A stretch of DNA of 64,000 bases, from positions 6,048,001 through 6,112,000 of the forward strand of contig OZ250169.1 of the NCBI GenBank assembly GCA_965237955.1, in the 5' to 3' direction. The notes under the pieces are model-generated. The model saw only the letters and a program-made list of their open reading frames with translations. It made no database searches and had not been told where the DNA came from. Made by a program: the position numbers and the translations under genes. How positions within the stretch are numbered: the stretch's first letter is position 1; every line of letters starts with the position of its first letter. This DNA comes from Candidatus Marinacidobacterales bacterium (GTDB lineage: Bacteria; Acidobacteriota; Vicinamibacteria; Marinacidobacterales; SMYC01). Positions 39,643 through 49,560 of this stretch are shown piece by piece.

Positions 39643-40749
39643 ATGGGAAAGATCACGATCGGGGTCGATTTTCGGCCCGCGCTCTCCCGGGCAACGGGCG
39701 TCGGCCGGTATTTCCAGGGACTCGTGGCAGGGCTGACGCGGTTGGACCGTGACAACGACTACGTCCTGTTCTCGAGCTCGTGGAAAGAGCGCGCTCAAAA
39801 GGAGTCGCGGCCGGAGAATTTTCGTCTCGTCGACCGCCGCGTGCCGGTCCGCGTCTTGAACGCTCTGTGGCATCGAATGGAAGCGCCTTCACTCGACTGG
39901 CTCGCCCGTGCCACGCTCGATGTGGCGCACTCACCGACGCCGCTCATCGTCCCGTCACGGCGCGCCCGTTCCATCGTGACCATCTGTGACCTGTTTTTCC
40001 TCGAACACCCGGAAGCAACGACTCGCGAAATCCGCCGCGACTACGTGAACCTCGTCCGCTCTCATGTGAACCGGGCCGACGCGATTGTGGCGATCTCCGA
40101 CACCACCGCCGCTGACGTCGTGAACAAGCTCGACGTCTCCCCCGAACGCGTTCACGTCATCCACGCCGGGCTCGACGAGCGTTTTTTGGCGCGCTCGACG
40201 GACAACGGCCACCAGAACTACCTCCTCACGGTGGCAACGCTCGAGCCCCGGAAAAATCTTCCGGTGCTCCTCAAGGCCATCTCGGTTCTGAAAAAGCGCG
40301 GCTGGGAGGGACGGCTTCGTATCGCCGGCGGTTTCGGGCTCGACACGCTTCGCGTCGACGAAACGATCGAACGGCTGGGGCTCGGCGGCGTCGTCGAGAA
40401 GCTCGGCTACGTCGACGGCGCAACCCTTCCGTCTCTGTACCGCGGCGCGCGAGCCGTCGTGTTGCCGTCGCTTTGGGAAGGCTTCGGCCTTCCGCTCCTC
40501 GAAGCCATGGCCTCCGAGGTCCCGCTCGTTGCTTCGGACATCGCTGTCCATCACGAAGTCGCAGGCGAAGCGGCCGTTTTCGCGGAGCCGCACGACGCGA
40601 ACGCGTTCGCCGATGCGATCGAGAAGCTCGAGCGCGATGAGGGTCTTCGTACGAAGCTGGTGTCGTGCGGGCGCGAACGCGTCTCTCGCTTTTCATGGGA
40701 CGCCTCGGCACAAAAAGCGCTCGCGCTCTATCGCAGTTTGGTGGCCTAG
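39643..40749 (+). CDS. Glycosyltransferase family 4
   Basis: TLEPRKN, EGFGLPLLEAM. Confidence 0.92.
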   Translation: MGKITIGVDFRPALSRATGVGRYFQGLVAGLTRLDRDNDYVLFSSSWKERAQKESRPENFRLVDRRVPVRVLNALWHRMEAPSLDWLARATLDVAHSPTPLIVPSRRARSIVTICDLFFLEHPEATTREIRRDYVNLVRSHVNRADAIVAISDTTAADVVNKLDVSPERVHVIHAGLDERFLARSTDNGHQNYLLTVATLEPRKNLPVLLKAISVLKKRGWEGRLRIAGGFGLDTLRVDETIERLGLGGVVEKLGYVDGATLPSLYRGARAVVLPSLWEGFGLPLLEAMASEVPLVASDIAVHHEVAGEAAVFAEPHDANAFADAIEKLERDEGLRTKLVSCGRERVSRFSWDASAQKALALYRSLVA

Positions 40750-41642
40750 TGGAGCTTTCGATCGCCCTCGTGAGCTATAACGCTCGGAAGGAGCTCGAAG
40801 CGTGTCTGTCGTCTGTTTTCGCAAGCACCGAGGCGAGCACACCCGAAGTCATCGTGGCGGACAACGCATCAACGGATGAAAGCGTCGCTATGCTGAGAGA
40901 GCGCTTTCCCCAGGTCGATGTGGTGGAGTCGAACGAGAATCTCGGCTTCGCGTGCGCGAACAACCTCTGCTGGCGGCGGGCGAAGGGTCCGCTCGTTTTG
41001 TTCCTGAACAGCGATACCGTCGTGCCGAAGGGTGCACTCGCGCGCATGGTCGCGCTCATGAACAAGAGGGACAACCTCAATGTCGGTGCGCTCGGACCTC
41101 TCCTCAAAAACGCGGACGGCTCGATCCAGATGTCATTCGGCAACATGATGAGCCTGTCCGCCGAGCTCCGCCAAAAAATTCTCAACGCCGGCTACGGCAA
41201 CGGGCGCGGCCCACTTCGCGGCTACGTGGAGAATCGCCACGCGAGACAACGCACCGTCGATTGGGTGAGCGGCGCCTGCTTGCTCACGCGGCGTGAGCTC
41301 CTCGAGCGCATCGGCGGCTTCGACGAAGAGTTCTTCCTCTATTCGGAGGATGTCGACCTGTGCGCGCGCATCCGCGCCCAGGGAGCCAGCGTCTTGTTCA
41401 CACCCGAGGTCGAAATCACCCATCACCTGGGCCGCTCGGCCGAAAAGGATCGCGATAAAGCGTTTGTCGAGTCCCAGCGTTCGCGCCTACACTTTTACGC
41501 CAAGCACTACGGCCAACCCCGACTCGGGCTTCTGAAGCTCTACATGACAACGAAGCTGGGAGTGGCGTATCTTTTTCGCCCGTCGGGGCGGGAAGCCTAT
41601 CGAAGCGTCCTCAAGTTCGTGTTTCATGGAGACAGTGCATGA
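40749..41642 (+). CDS. Glycosyltransferase family 2 (WbbL-like)
   Basis: DNASTD, NLGFA, LNSD, WVSGAC, FFLYSEDVD. Confidence 0.92.
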   Translation: MELSIALVSYNARKELEACLSSVFASTEASTPEVIVADNASTDESVAMLRERFPQVDVVESNENLGFACANNLCWRRAKGPLVLFLNSDTVVPKGALARMVALMNKRDNLNVGALGPLLKNADGSIQMSFGNMMSLSAELRQKILNAGYGNGRGPLRGYVENRHARQRTVDWVSGACLLTRRELLERIGGFDEEFFLYSEDVDLCARIRAQGASVLFTPEVEITHHLGRSAEKDRDKAFVESQRSRLHFYAKHYGQPRLGLLKLYMTTKLGVAYLFRPSGREAYRSVLKFVFHGDSA

Positions 41643-41809
41643 GAATGCTCGTGTATGGCTCCCTCCTTCTTTGTATAGCATGCGTCCAATATGCGACCGG
41701 TATGGAGCACGTGTTCGTCAACGGCGTCGCCGTTTTCGAAGACGGTGAGCACACCGGCGCCCTCCCGGGACGGTTCGTACGCGGGCCAGGGTACAAACAA
41801 GCGCAGTGA
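41639..41809 (+). pseudogene. 56-aa mini-ORF: signal peptide fused in frame to the extreme C-terminus of an N-acyl-D-amino-acid deacylase (internal deletion)
   Basis: MRMLVYGSLLLCIACV-QYATGMEHVFVNGVAVFEDGEHTGALPGRFVRGPGYKQAQ; the last ~40 aa resemble the conserved D-aminoacylase tail. Not in the ORF track. Confidence 0.7.
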
Positions 41810-42768
41810 AGATCGCTCTCGTCACGCCGCTCAGCGAGCCAGCCCTCAAAGGGATGGTGACGGGCAACGAGGTCACCGCCCGCCGCTGGGAAGAAATTCT
41901 GCAAAAGCTCGGTCACGCCGTGACCGTGCTCGAGGGATATGACGGTGAAGCCGTCGACGTGCTCGTCGCGCTTCATGCGCGCAAGAGCGCGGCCTCGATC
42001 ACGAAGTTCTCGGAAGCCCATCCGCAGAAGCCTCTGATCGTGGCGCTCACCGGTACCGACCTCTACCAGGACTTGCCCGACAGCGAGGAAGCAACTGCAT
42101 CTCTCGCTCGCGCGACCCATGTCATCACCCTCCAACCCGGCGCCCTCGACGTGCTCGACCCGTCGATCCGAACAAAAACGACGGTCATCTATCAATCGGC
42201 CAAGCCGATCGTCCCCGTTATCGACAAAGCCGCGAACTGCTTTCAAGCGTGCCTCCTCGCCCATCTGCGTCCGGTGAAAGACCCGCTCCTCGCCGCGGAC
42301 GCCGCGGCGAAGCTCTCACAGGACTCGCCGGTCCAAGTCGTCCACGCCGGAGCCGCGGCCGACGACGAGATGCGGGACAAAGCCAAAGCGGCGGCGGCCG
42401 AAAATCCTCGATATCGATGGATCGGCCCCATTCCGCATGAAGAGGCACGCCTCCTCATCGCCCGCAGCCACGTTTTGCTGCTGACGTCGCGCCTGGAAGG
42501 CGGCGCCAACGTCTTGTCGGAAGCATTGACCCTCGGCGTGCCCATCCTTGCGAGCCGCGTGGCCGGCGTCGAGGGGCTCCTGGGCGAGCGCTACCCCGGT
42601 TACTTCCCTTCGGGCGACGCCTCGGCGCTGGCAGAGCGCCTCCATCAGGCGGAGCACGACGAGGTCTACTACCGGCGTTTGCAGAACGCGTGCGAAAAGC
42701 TGGCGCCGATGGTGGCGCCATCGTGGGAGCTGCAATCGTGGCAGCAACTTTTGAGCTTGCTTTCCTAG
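41806..42768 (+). CDS. senB: Selenosugar synthase SenB-like glycosyltransferase (TIGR04348-type)
   Basis: GNEVTARRW, ALHARKSA, ALTGTDLY, HLRPVKDP, SRLEGGANV, YPGYFP: the SenB signature motifs. Confidence 0.85.
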   Translation: MKIALVTPLSEPALKGMVTGNEVTARRWEEILQKLGHAVTVLEGYDGEAVDVLVALHARKSAASITKFSEAHPQKPLIVALTGTDLYQDLPDSEEATASLARATHVITLQPGALDVLDPSIRTKTTVIYQSAKPIVPVIDKAANCFQACLLAHLRPVKDPLLAADAAAKLSQDSPVQVVHAGAAADDEMRDKAKAAAAENPRYRWIGPIPHEEARLLIARSHVLLLTSRLEGGANVLSEALTLGVPILASRVAGVEGLLGERYPGYFPSGDASALAERLHQAEHDEVYYRRLQNACEKLAPMVAPSWELQSWQQLLSLLS

Positions 42769-42776
42769 TGCCCTAG

Positions 42777-42803
42777 TGTCGATCCTGGCACCGTCCATTC
42801 GTC
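42777..42803 (+). promoter_or_regulatory. ECF42-type sigma promoter upstream of the DGPF/YciI gene
   Basis: TGTCGA-17 bp-CGTC; DGPF proteins are the known ECF42 targets. Confidence 0.6.
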
Positions 42804-42825
42804 TCTTCACTGAAAGGAAATCGAG

Positions 42826-43077
42826 ATGCAATATGCGATACTTATTTATTCTGATGAAACCCAGGAGCCCAAGCCGGGTACGAAAGAGTTCGACGACTAC
42901 ATGGGAGAGTATTTTGCGCTTTCGGACAAAGTGAAAGAAAACGGCATGTACCAAGTCGGTGCGGCACTCCAGTCGGTGTCCACGGCGACGACCGTCAAGG
43001 TGCGCGACGGCAGAGTCGCCACCACCGACGGCCCCTTCGCCGAAACGAAAGAGCAGCTCGGCGGTCTGTATGTGTAG
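42826..43077 (+). pseudogene. YciI/DGPF family protein, 3'-truncated
   Basis: TDGPFAETKEQLGG followed by an early stop 3 bp before a repeat element; C-terminal third missing. Confidence 0.75.
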
Positions 43078-43080
43078 CCG

Positions 43081-43246
43081 CTAGTCCCCTGGAACAGAGG
43101 TTCGTGGCCTAAATCTCGGGCCCTTTTTGCGCGCTGGCTTCGTTGTTCCTCCTCGAAATATTCCAATATGACTTCGTCGTCACGCCTCGCCAGCCCACAA
43201 AATGGCGTCGAGCTTTAGGCCACGAACCTCTGTTCCAGGGTACTAG
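43081..43246. mobile_element. 166-bp palindromic non-autonomous element (MITE/REP-like), CTAG-flanked
   Basis: 33-bp terminal inverted repeat CTAGT(C/A)CCCTGGAACAGAGGTTCGTGGCCTAAA with one mismatch; the interior is also self-complementary. Confidence 0.85.
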
Positions 43247-43353
43247 CCCACCGTTGACAATTCCGGGTGAAAATCGGTAACATGTACTCTTCAAAGAACA
43301 ACCAGTGCCCACGGTGCCGTCGAAGGGCCAGAGAACACTACAGGAGTAGCTCG

Positions 43354-43827
43354 ATGGAGAAGCGTTTCGACGTTCCGCGAACGATTCGACGGATGGAACC
43401 CAAACACGCCACGACTGCGGCGGTGTTCCGGGATTCCTGCCAGCTCGCGTACGGTGTGGTGACCAACGTCTCGGTGACCGGTGCCTGCATCGTTACCGAC
43501 AGCCGGCTGGCTCCCGGGAGCGACGTCGACCTCAAGCTCTCCTTCTACCAGCAGCCCCACCTGTACGAGATCGGGGCTCGCGTCGTCTGGAACCGACGCG
43601 GCGGCGCAAGTGAAAAGGGCTTCGAGGGCCTGCAACTTCACGGCGTGCAGTTCACGCTCTCGAGCGCACTCCAGAAATCGCGCCTCCACACGCTTCTCGG
43701 CAGCGAGGATTTCGTCGACGTCTTTCGCCCGTCCGCGACCGAGTTCGACGTTCTCACAAACGCGCTTTCCGGCGAGCTCGACGAGCTCGGCAGCAAAATG
43801 CACAAGACCACAGGCGAGAAATCGTGA
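43354..43827 (+). CDS. PilZ-domain protein
   Basis: RTIRR (RxxxR), NVSVTGA ([DN]xSxxG), ARVVW, GVQF; AGGAG RBS; TTGACA-18 bp-TAACAT at 43254..43283. Confidence 0.8.
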   Translation: MEKRFDVPRTIRRMEPKHATTAAVFRDSCQLAYGVVTNVSVTGACIVTDSRLAPGSDVDLKLSFYQQPHLYEIGARVVWNRRGGASEKGFEGLQLHGVQFTLSSALQKSRLHTLLGSEDFVDVFRPSATEFDVLTNALSGELDELGSKMHKTTGEKS

Positions 43828-43882
43828 TATCGTTTGCGTGTCTTGACGGGAGCTCGTCACAACATGAGAACGTGAGCACAGC

Positions 43883-44995
43883 ATGCGGATCGCGATCGAC
43901 GTCCGCAAAATCAACGACTTCGGCATTGGAACGTATCTTCGGAACCTGATCCGACACCTTCCCGGCCTCGACTCCGATAACGAGTACTACTTACTCTGTC
44001 ACCGACGAGACGAAGAGCTCCTGCGCTCCCTCTCTTCGGATTTTCACCTCTCGTTCGTCAAAGCGCAGAACTACTCCCTGTCCGAGCACGTGACGATTCC
44101 GGTCAAGCTGAAGCGGATTCGCGCAGATCTCTACCACACGCCGCACTACGTGCTTCCGTACCTGACGCGGTGCCGCTCGGTCGTCACCGTTCACGACGTC
44201 ATTCATCTCTTATTTCCTCAGTACCTCCCGTCGCGATTCGCAATCCACTATGCGAAGCACATGATCGGACGCGCTCTCGAACGGGCCGAGCTCGTAATGA
44301 CGGTGTCGAAAGCGTCGAAGCGCGACATCCTCGGTTTCTTCGACGTGGAGGAAAGCAAAATCCGCGTTATCCCGAACGGCATCGATCCGGCGATGACGCG
44401 CGAGCTCGACGCCTCCGAACTGGACCGAGTGAAGCAGCGATTCCAACTGCAAGGCAGGAACGCTCTGTTCGTCGGCAACATCAAGCCTCACAAAAACGTC
44501 GAACGTTTGATCGGCGCGTTCGCCAAGTTGCGAGAGGACCCGCAGTTCTCCGACGTGACTCTCATCCTTGTCGGCGACGAGATCTCCAAATATCCGTCGC
44601 TGCGGCGAGCGGTCGCGCGCCATAAGGTTCGCGCGAACGTGCGGTTTTTTGGATTCGTCCCGGAACTGACCCTGGTCGCGCTCTACCGGACGGCGGACGT
44701 GTTCGTGTTCCCTTCGTTGTACGAGGGCTTCGGGCTTCCACCGCTCGAGGCGATGGCGAATGGCACCCCGGTGATCACGTCGAAGATCTCGTCACTTCCG
44801 GAGGTCGTCGGGGATGCGGCCCTCACCATCGATCCCTATAACACCGACGAGATCGCGGACGCGATGAAGAGCATTCTCGTGGATCAAAGTCTGCGCGAAC
44901 GGCTGATCAAAAGCGGCCGTGTTCGCGCCAAGCGATTTTCTTGGGAGGAAGCGGTTTCGCAGATTCACGCGACGTATATGGACGCGTTGCAATAA
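43883..44995 (+). CDS. Glycosyltransferase family 4
   Basis: [23 protein letters not shown]. Confidence 0.93.
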   Translation: MRIAIDVRKINDFGIGTYLRNLIRHLPGLDSDNEYYLLCHRRDEELLRSLSSDFHLSFVKAQNYSLSEHVTIPVKLKRIRADLYHTPHYVLPYLTRCRSVVTVHDVIHLLFPQYLPSRFAIHYAKHMIGRALERAELVMTVSKASKRDILGFFDVEESKIRVIPNGIDPAMTRELDASELDRVKQRFQLQGRNALFVGNIKPHKNVERLIGAFAKLREDPQFSDVTLILVGDEISKYPSLRRAVARHKVRANVRFFGFVPELTLVALYRTADVFVFPSLYEGFGLPPLEAMANGTPVITSKISSLPEVVGDAALTIDPYNTDEIADAMKSILVDQSLRERLIKSGRVRAKRFSWEEAVSQIHATYMDALQ

Positions 44996-44997
44996 TG

Positions 44998-45026
44998 CGC
45001 CATCGGCCATCGGCCATCGGCCATCA
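44998..45026. repeat. Heptamer tandem repeat (GCCATCG) x~4
   Basis: gccatcg gccatcg gccatcg gccatca in the intergenic spacer. Confidence 0.8.
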
Positions 45027-45056
45027 GTCGGGAGTCTTCCGCGAAGCGGTGCGTTG

Positions 45057-46151
45057 ATGCGTGTAGCGCTTGTGCACGACTGGCTTACCGGTCTCCGGGG
45101 TGGGGAGAAAGTTCTCGAAGTCTTGTGCGAGCTTTTTCCGGAGGCAACGCTGTTCACCCTCGTGCACGTCGAAGGTGCGACGAGCCCGACGATCGAATCG
45201 CTTCCGATCCGAACCGCGTTCACGCAGAAGCTACCCGGAGTGAAGCGGCTCTACCGGTGGTATCTGCCACTTCATCCGTGGGCCATCGAGACGCTCGACC
45301 TCTCGGAGTTCGACCTGGTGGTGTCGAGCTCTCACTGTGTCGCCAAAGGTGTCATACCGCGCAAAGGCGCGCTCCACATCAGCTACTGCCACACGCCGAT
45401 GCGCTATGTGTGGGATCGGTTCGAAGACTACTTCGGCTCGGGACTGAAAGCGAAGCTAGTGTACGGTCCCATCGCGAGCCGCCTGCGCGCATGGGACCGG
45501 GCATCCGCGAGCCGCGTCGATCACTTCATCGCGAACTCGACGTACGTTTCCGAGCGCATCGAGAGCTACTACGATCGGAGCGCCGACGCGATCATCCCAC
45601 CGCCGGTGGACACGAAGCGCTATGCCCCGAGCGGAGACGATCCTGAGGACTACTATCTCGTTGTCTCAGCGCTCGTCCCCTACAAACGCATCGATCTCGC
45701 CGTCGAAGCGTTTCGCAGACGAAGTGAGACGCTCGTCGTCGTCGGCTCCGGCCCCTCGGCGGAGCGCTTGAAAACCGGGGCGCCGCCGAACGTCGACTTT
45801 CGCGGGTGGGTCAGCGACGAGGAGCTCAAAACGCTCTATCAACGCTGCCGCGCGTGTCTCCTCCCCGGCCTCGAGGACTTCGGTATCGTTCCCCTCGAAG
45901 CACAGGCATGTGGTGCGCCGGTCGTCGCCTACGGGAAGGGCGGCGCGCTCGATACCGTGCAAGATGGCGAGACCGGTGTACTGTTCCACGAGCAAACGGC
46001 TGAGGCGCTATCCCGCGCCATTGACAAGGTTTCCTCGCTAAGATTAAATAAAAACTTGCTGAGAGACTGGGCGCTCGGGTTTTCCCGAGAGACGTTCCAA
46101 AACCGCATGAAAGAGTTCATCCAGGCGCGCGTCGTTGAGGCGGACCTCTAG
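45057..46151 (+). CDS. Glycosyltransferase family 4
   Basis: VALVHDWLTGLRGGEKV, YCHTPMRY, EDFGIVPLEAQACG. Confidence 0.93.
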   Translation: MRVALVHDWLTGLRGGEKVLEVLCELFPEATLFTLVHVEGATSPTIESLPIRTAFTQKLPGVKRLYRWYLPLHPWAIETLDLSEFDLVVSSSHCVAKGVIPRKGALHISYCHTPMRYVWDRFEDYFGSGLKAKLVYGPIASRLRAWDRASASRVDHFIANSTYVSERIESYYDRSADAIIPPPVDTKRYAPSGDDPEDYYLVVSALVPYKRIDLAVEAFRRRSETLVVVGSGPSAERLKTGAPPNVDFRGWVSDEELKTLYQRCRACLLPGLEDFGIVPLEAQACGAPVVAYGKGGALDTVQDGETGVLFHEQTAEALSRAIDKVSSLRLNKNLLRDWALGFSRETFQNRMKEFIQARVVEADL

Positions 46152-46168
46152 CGCCCTGACGTTTCGAT

Positions 46169-47605
46169 ATGGTCAAACAACAAAGCCGGATTTGGACCGG
46201 GGTTTACGCCGCCGGCGATCTTCTAGCTACGTCGAGTGCGCTCGCGCTCGCCTATTTCGTGCGTTTTCACTCGGGCCTTTTCGAGGTGACGAAGGGCGTC
46301 AACCCGTTCACCCAGTACCTCCTTCTCCTTCCGCTCATCATCGTTTTGTGGCCGCCGCTGTTTTACGCCCACGGCCTCTACAGCTTGAAGCGGATTCGCT
46401 CGCGCACGGACGAGCTTTTCTCGATTGTGTTCGCGGTCGCTATGGGCACCGCGATCATGCTGTTCGTTGCGCTCTACGCGCGCGTCTACTACCTCTACGG
46501 CCCTCCGGAGATCTCGGGTCGTTACGAGTATTCGCAGCTCGTGCTCGGCCTGTTCGTAGTGTTCAACATTGTCTTGTTGACGCTCACGCGCGCGTTCATA
46601 CGTCGCGAGAGAGAAGCCCGCTGGCGGCGCGGCGAAGGCTTGCGCAACATACTGATTGCCGGTGCGGGCGAGCTCGGAAGAACCGTGGCGGACAAGTTCA
46701 TCGATCATCAGGAGATGGGTTTTCGCGTCGCCGGCTTTCTCGACGATCGACTACGAGGCGAGTTCGCCGGGCACCGCGGCATTCCCATCCTCGGCGGGTT
46801 AGATGATGTCGCCGACGTCGTTGCGGGAACGACCGTCGACTCGCTCTACATCGCCCTCCCGCTCGGCGCACACGAGAAGATTCGTATGCTCGTCGGCTTC
46901 GCGCACCGAGAAGCCCTCGACGTCAAGGTCGCGTGGGATTACCTCACGGATGCGGCGCTCCATGCAGGTGTGGAAGACCTCGACGGGATGCCGATCATCA
47001 ACTTGTCCGAGCCCCCGATCCGCGGATGGAACTGGGTGGTGAAGCGGATCATGGACGTCGTGGTATCGGCCGCGCTTCTCGTTCTCCTGGCGATCCCGTT
47101 TACCGTCCTTGCGCTCATCATCAAGCTCACCTCCAAAGGGTCGGTGTTCTACAGGCAGGAGCGTGCCGGGCTCGACAACAAACCGTTCACGCTCTACAAG
47201 TTCCGCTCGATGTTCGACGACGCCGAAAAAGACACCGGGCCGGTGTGGGCGGCCTCGGAAGATCCGAGGCGGACCACATTCGGCCGCTTTCTGCGCCGAT
47301 TCAGCATCGACGAGCTCCCTCAGCTCGTGAACGTGCTCAAGGGAGATATGTCGCTCGTCGGGCCGCGGCCGGAGCGCCCGAGCTTCGTCGCGGAGTTCAA
47401 AAAGCGCATCCCGAAGTACATGCTTCGCCACAAAGTCAAAACCGGCATGACCGGCTGGGCTCAGGTCAACGGCTGGCGCGGAAACACATCGATCGAAAAA
47501 CGCATCGAGCACGACCTTTACTACATTCAGAATTGGTCGCTCTCGCTCGACCTGCATATCCTGTGGCGTACCTGGCGCGCGGTTTTGCGCAAGCACGCAT
47601 TTTGA
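46169..47605 (+). CDS. Undecaprenyl-phosphate glucose phosphotransferase (WcaJ-like)
   Basis: TM region plus [36 protein letters not shown]. Confidence 0.95.
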   Translation: MVKQQSRIWTGVYAAGDLLATSSALALAYFVRFHSGLFEVTKGVNPFTQYLLLLPLIIVLWPPLFYAHGLYSLKRIRSRTDELFSIVFAVAMGTAIMLFVALYARVYYLYGPPEISGRYEYSQLVLGLFVVFNIVLLTLTRAFIRREREARWRRGEGLRNILIAGAGELGRTVADKFIDHQEMGFRVAGFLDDRLRGEFAGHRGIPILGGLDDVADVVAGTTVDSLYIALPLGAHEKIRMLVGFAHREALDVKVAWDYLTDAALHAGVEDLDGMPIINLSEPPIRGWNWVVKRIMDVVVSAALLVLLAIPFTVLALIIKLTSKGSVFYRQERAGLDNKPFTLYKFRSMFDDAEKDTGPVWAASEDPRRTTFGRFLRRFSIDELPQLVNVLKGDMSLVGPRPERPSFVAEFKKRIPKYMLRHKVKTGMTGWAQVNGWRGNTSIEKRIEHDLYYIQNWSLSLDLHILWRTWRAVLRKHAF

Positions 47606-48534
47606 CGAAACGATCCCTCATCACGGGCGCGGCCGGGTTCATCGGTTCCCACCTCGCAGACTGCCTTCTCGCCGAAGGACACGAGGTCATCGGGATGGAC
47701 AACTTCATCACCGGCGATCGCGACAACCTCGCCCATATCGAAGACCCTCGATTCACGTTGGTCGAGCAAAACGTGACCGAAGAGATCCGTATCGATGGTC
47801 CACTCGATTACATTCTCCATTTTGCGAGCCCGGCGAGCCCGATTGACTACCTCGAGCTCCCCATCCAAACGCTGAAGGTCGGCTCACTCGGCACCCACAA
47901 GACGCTCGGCCTCGCCAAAGCGAAAAACGCAACCTACTTGCTCGCGTCGACGTCGGAAGTGTACGGCGATCCGCTGGTGCATCCTCAAAAAGAAGACTAT
48001 TGGGGCAACGTAAACCCGATCGGGCCTCGGGGGGTGTACGACGAAGCGAAACGTTTTGCCGAAGCCATGAGCGTCGCCTACCAGCGCTATCACGACGTCG
48101 ACGTGAAGATCGTCCGCATCTTCAACACCTACGGACCCCGGATGCGAGTCCGCGATGGCCGGGCGATCCCGGCGTTCATCAGTCAGGCGCTCACGAACGA
48201 GCCGATGACGGTTTTCGGCAAAGGCGATCAGACGCGAAGCTTCTGCTACGTCAACGACCTCGTCGACGGTTTGTGTCGCCTGTTGTTCTCGGAGCACCCC
48301 GGCCCCGTCAACATCGGAAATCCTTCCGAGATGACGATTCTCGAGCTCGCCGAGAAGATCCGGACGATGACGGGTTCGAAAAGCACTATCGACTACAAAC
48401 CCCTGCCCGAAGACGACCCGAAGGTAAGGCAGCCGGACATTGAGCTTGCTCGTAAATTGCTCGGATGGACGCCTCAGGTCTCGCTTGAGGACGGTCTCGA
48501 GACGACGATCGAGTATTTTCGGGGGAAGTTGTAG
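47602..48534 (+). CDS. UDP-glucuronate decarboxylase (UDP-xylose synthase)
   Basis: [48 protein letters not shown]. Confidence 0.93.
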   Translation: MTKRSLITGAAGFIGSHLADCLLAEGHEVIGMDNFITGDRDNLAHIEDPRFTLVEQNVTEEIRIDGPLDYILHFASPASPIDYLELPIQTLKVGSLGTHKTLGLAKAKNATYLLASTSEVYGDPLVHPQKEDYWGNVNPIGPRGVYDEAKRFAEAMSVAYQRYHDVDVKIVRIFNTYGPRMRVRDGRAIPAFISQALTNEPMTVFGKGDQTRSFCYVNDLVDGLCRLLFSEHPGPVNIGNPSEMTILELAEKIRTMTGSKSTIDYKPLPEDDPKVRQPDIELARKLLGWTPQVSLEDGLETTIEYFRGKL

Positions 48535-48568
48535 CAGTCGGTATTCGGCATTCGGAGCGTGGTTGGGG

Positions 48569-48583
48569 TGGCACAATGTATGC
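48569..48583 (+). promoter_or_regulatory. Sigma54-type promoter
   Basis: TGGCACAATGTATGC (GG-N10-GC) upstream of the TAXI fragment. Confidence 0.55.
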
Positions 48584-48651
48584 CGGCTTGACGGCGGGGC
48601 GGTTTCGATGGCGTCGGAGAGGGATGGAGGCTCTCGAGAGGGAGCGTTTAC

Positions 48652-48811
48652 ATGCGCCTAGTCGCGGCGGCGATGTGTCTTACGATGGCGCCGGTGTTGG
48701 TGCTCGCGCAGACACTGTCCTTCGCTACCGGTAATCCTGCGGGGCTTTACTACCCTCTCGGCGGTGGTCTCGCCTCGATTTGGTCGCGCACGTCGTCAGG
48801 GTGCGCAGGGC
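48652..48811 (+). pseudogene. 5' fragment of a TRAP-TAXI solute receptor
   Basis: Signal peptide plus LSFATGNPAGLYYPLGGGLASIW; homology ends just before the repeat element. Confidence 0.75.
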
Positions 48812-48944
48812 CTAGTCCCCTGTATCAGAACAAACTAGATAAAGCAGAGCTTGCCGAAACCCTTCTAAGTGCATGAATCTTATGGATTTTATGGGCTGGC
48901 GAAAAGCCTAACTTTGTATAGTAATCAAAGATCCAGGGGACTAG
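48812..48944. mobile_element. 133-bp MITE-like element, copy 1, CTAG-flanked
   Basis: Ends CTAGTCCCCTGTATC...GATCCAGGGGACTAG; AT-rich interior; near-identical to 49557..49689. Confidence 0.9.
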
Positions 48945-49020
48945 CGCACAAACTGGATCGTTGCCAGGTGCTAGAGCGTTTCGTATCCTGAAATCAAGGA
49001 CTTTCGTTCAGGAGCGCGCA

Positions 49021-49560
49021 GTGCCCATCATGGAGTTCATGGCTACGATCAACTCCTCTGACTCTGAAGCGCAAGTGCGTGGCCGCGTTGTGCGGTTTTT
49101 GACGTCGCGCGGGTATCGGACGACGGCTGACCCGGCAGAGTTCAAACGCGGATCGCTCTTCGGGTCGCTGACCGGCTTTACGCCCAAGAAGTGGGCCGTC
49201 ACCGTTCGCTTCAAGACCGTCGAGCCCGGCGTGTTTTTCTATCGGTTCGAGATCGACACCACCGGGCAATCAGTCACGAGCGGCGAGCGTGCCTTTTGGG
49301 ACAGAGAGAAGAAGTCACTCGAAGACACGATCGAGGGACGCGTATCCAACACCATGGATGCCTCGGACCGCGAGGTCGCCTCGCAAGGCATGCAGATCGC
49401 CAAAACTATCTTTATCTACTCCGTCGGAGGTGCGTTTATCGTCGGAGCCGCAACGATCGCCCTTCACTTCGTCGGCATCGAGATCTTCCCCGGGGTCGCC
49501 GGAATCGGCGCCGGAATCGGAGCCGCCGTCGGTTTTCAGAGAGCGCTCTCGACCGCCTAG
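49021..49560 (+). CDS. Hypothetical protein with two C-terminal TM helices
   Basis: AGGAG RBS, clean codon pattern; the stop codon is the TAG of the downstream CTAG. Confidence 0.7.
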   Translation: MPIMEFMATINSSDSEAQVRGRVVRFLTSRGYRTTADPAEFKRGSLFGSLTGFTPKKWAVTVRFKTVEPGVFFYRFEIDTTGQSVTSGERAFWDREKKSLEDTIEGRVSNTMDASDREVASQGMQIAKTIFIYSVGGAFIVGAATIALHFVGIEIFPGVAGIGAGIGAAVGFQRALSTA

